Made by a program: the position numbers and the translations under genes | The notes under the pieces: model-generated | Databases searched by the model: none | Told to the model about the DNA's origin: nothing | The model's input: only the letters and a program-made list of their open reading frames with translations | Shown: one piece after another, positions 45,722-47,017 of the stretch | How positions within the stretch are numbered: position 1 is the first letter of the stretch | Layout: every line of letters begins with the position of its first letter | Virus record (IMG/VR): IMGVR_UViG_3300030397_000855 | Location: 1 to 47,017 of that record | DNA length: 47,017 bases | Source: a virus | Lineage: Duplodnaviria > Caudoviricetes | Strand: one strand, 5' to 3'

Positions 45722-46086
45722 TTTGCTTGCGTTGATTTCGAGAAGTAGTCGCCAATAAGCGAGTGGAATTCACTGTCGTCAAAGTCTTCTCTGAGGGAGA
45801 TTGTGACGAGGGAACGCGCTAAGTGATTTCTGCAAATCTGAAGAAAAACTCGCTGAGACTGCGATAGATTGCCTGCAAGTTGATCGTCGATAATATCAAG
45901 AGCATCGTTTATCTCGCCCATAGTATGCCTCATAGCGTCGCTCTCAGACTTGATTTCATCATTTCTGATTGTGCCCTCAATCTCTTCCGGCTGCCAGACA
46001 TGCTTATCAGCCCTTATAAGAGCCTCAACTCTATCCAAGCAAATTTGAGTATTCATATCCAGATTCCAGTTGATGTTACTTTTCAT
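45718..46086 (-). CDS. Hypothetical early protein
   Basis: Coupled helical ORF. Confidence 0.6.
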   Translation of the reverse strand: MKSNINWNLDMNTQICLDRVEALIRADKHVWQPEEIEGTIRNDEIKSESDAMRHTMGEINDALDIIDDQLAGNLSQSQRVFLQICRNHLARSLVTISLREDFDDSEFHSLIGDYFSKSTQAK

Positions 46087-46300
46087 TCTTTGATTGCAGC
46101 AGCGGCATAGCCGTAGCTTTGTCTGTAATCCTCATCTCGTATTCGGTGCCTTGCTTAGGCCCGTTCAGCTTTTTCATCAAAGCTATTGATCCTTCATGCG
46201 ATCCAAGCCAGATGTATGAGAATTTCCAATTCCTCTCTCCCTTTATCCGCATGTAAACTTTGAAGTAAAGCGGCTCTAGTTCTTGTTCTTCTTTTGCCAT
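46076..46300 (-). CDS. Hypothetical early protein (paralog family 2)
   Basis: WKFSYIWLG motif. Confidence 0.55.
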   Translation of the reverse strand: MAKEEQELEPLYFKVYMRIKGERNWKFSYIWLGSHEGSIALMKKLNGPKQGTEYEMRITDKATAMPLLQSKNEK

Positions 46301-46548
46301 AACGTAGAGAAGTGTTGCCCGAATTTCACGCCGAGGCCGACCAAAGAAAGACGGTGTTCAAGTTGTTGCTTAGTAGAGTGCTCAAGCTTGTTCTCGAAAG
46401 CGATAGTGAGCAAGCCAGTAGAAACCCGACGCTCGCCGGAGCAAAGGCCGACCAAAGCATCTATCTCATCACGGCTAAAGGAAGCATACTTCCCATCCTC
46501 TACCTTCAGTAAATCAGTTAGATCAAGAAACTCCATGACAGAAACCAT
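46276..46548 (-). CDS. Hypothetical early protein, first in the array
   Basis: First long ORF downstream of the promoter at 46602-46630. Confidence 0.55.
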   Translation of the reverse strand: MVSVMEFLDLTDLLKVEDGKYASFSRDEIDALVGLCSGERRVSTGLLTIAFENKLEHSTKQQLEHRLSLVGLGVKFGQHFSTLWQKKNKN

Positions 46549-46601
46549 TAAAGTCTATGTAAAAGCATTTGTGAAGCGAACTCCATGCTTATGATTCAAT
46601 T

Positions 46602-46630
46602 AATCTATACCATTTAGTTCAACATGTCAA
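46602..46630 (-). promoter_or_regulatory. Sigma70-type early promoter
   Basis: On the minus strand: TTGACA (46630-46625), 17 bp, TAGATT (46607-46602); same hexamers as the 349-377 promoter. Confidence 0.8.
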
Positions 46631-46811
46631 TAAAAGTGTTGAACAAATTCCTCTTATTTTCTGAACAAGGAATTCCCATACTCAGAATCATACCTCACTA
46701 AAAGACAGTTCATCTCTTAGTTGAACGATAACAAGCCAGAATCACTCTATTTCACTATCAATTATAGGGAGGGGATAACCCTTATTTATTAATTGAATCA
46801 TTAAATAAATA

Positions 46812-46886
46812 GACATAGGCCCTATCAATCTATGAAAACGATTATGGTTGAACCATAATTAATGGATAAAAGGGACATAGGCCCTA
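46812..46886 (+). repeat. 13-bp direct repeats GACATAGGCCCTA (46812-46824 and 46874-46886)
   Basis: Exact copies 62 bp apart, flanking palindrome copy 5. Confidence 0.85.
46841..46859. repeat. Palindromic element copy 5 (ATTATGGTT-G-AACCATAAT)
   Basis: Perfect 9-bp arms in the AT-rich non-coding end. Confidence 0.95.
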
Positions 46887-47000
46887 GATGAATAGAGAAT
46901 ATCCATCCATTAAAGGGGGCTTGCTATACTGTCAGGATAGGCAGCCATCCATCTACAGCTATCAGGAGAGGATATATAGACCACACCCCCTACCTGCCCG

Positions 47001-47017
47001 GATCGTGACTGGGAAAC
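47001..47017 (-). other. Random-amplification primer sequence, library artefact
   Basis: Reverse complement of 1-17. Confidence 0.95.

Noticed and set aside
2129-46859. Palindromes as CRISPR repeats, integron attC or dif sites
   Set aside because: They are dispersed with no regular spacers; the GTT/AAC order and spacing do not fit attC; they lack XerC/XerD arm structure; no recombinase was recognised
1-47017. Perfect 17-bp terminal inverted repeats suggesting a transposon or a protein-primed linear genome
   Set aside because: The sequence is the standard random-amplification primer GTTTCCCAGTCACGATC, and the left end cuts through a gene

Overview
This is a near-complete but truncated ~47 kb genome of a tailed dsDNA bacteriophage, most likely podovirus-like: there is no tape measure or sheath gene, and it has a portal-scaffold-capsid-nozzle-ejection protein layout. 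Both ends carry the 17-nt random-amplification primer GTTTCCCAGTCACGATC, so they are library artefacts and not genome termini. Layout: (i) 1-2.1 kb, small membrane/lipoprotein genes, a truncated papain-like peptidase and a structured RNA; (ii) a minus-strand GT-A glycosyltransferase; (iii) T7/Twinkle-type primase-helicase, RuvC-like resolvase and holin-like gene; (iv) a solitary minus-strand terminase large subunit; (v) 8.1-33.6 kb virion module with portal, scaffold, Cys-rich major capsid protein, four paralogous beta-helix proteins, LamG-like and tail-collar proteins, nozzle/adaptor, two ejection proteins and a 2330-aa zincin-containing protein; (vi) HNH, Cas4-like nuclease, Zn-finger/OB-fold SSB, SNF2-like helicase and a TerS-like protein; (vii) a minus-strand array of small early genes. 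I recognised no DNA polymerase, integrase, tRNA or CRISPR array. The most striking observations are four. First, the putative ejection proteins are almost purged of Lys/Tyr/Trp/His/Cys/Met, while outer virion proteins are Cys-rich. Second, the palindrome TTATGGTTSAACCATAA sits at all three convergent gene junctions and at two further sites, with co-varying arms. Third, a four-way-junction RNA with complementary loops lies just upstream of the capsid gene. Fourth, the beta-helix genes form an A-B-A'-B' array sharing a perfectly identical 173-bp N-terminal module. All functional calls come from motif recognition by eye; no database searches were run.
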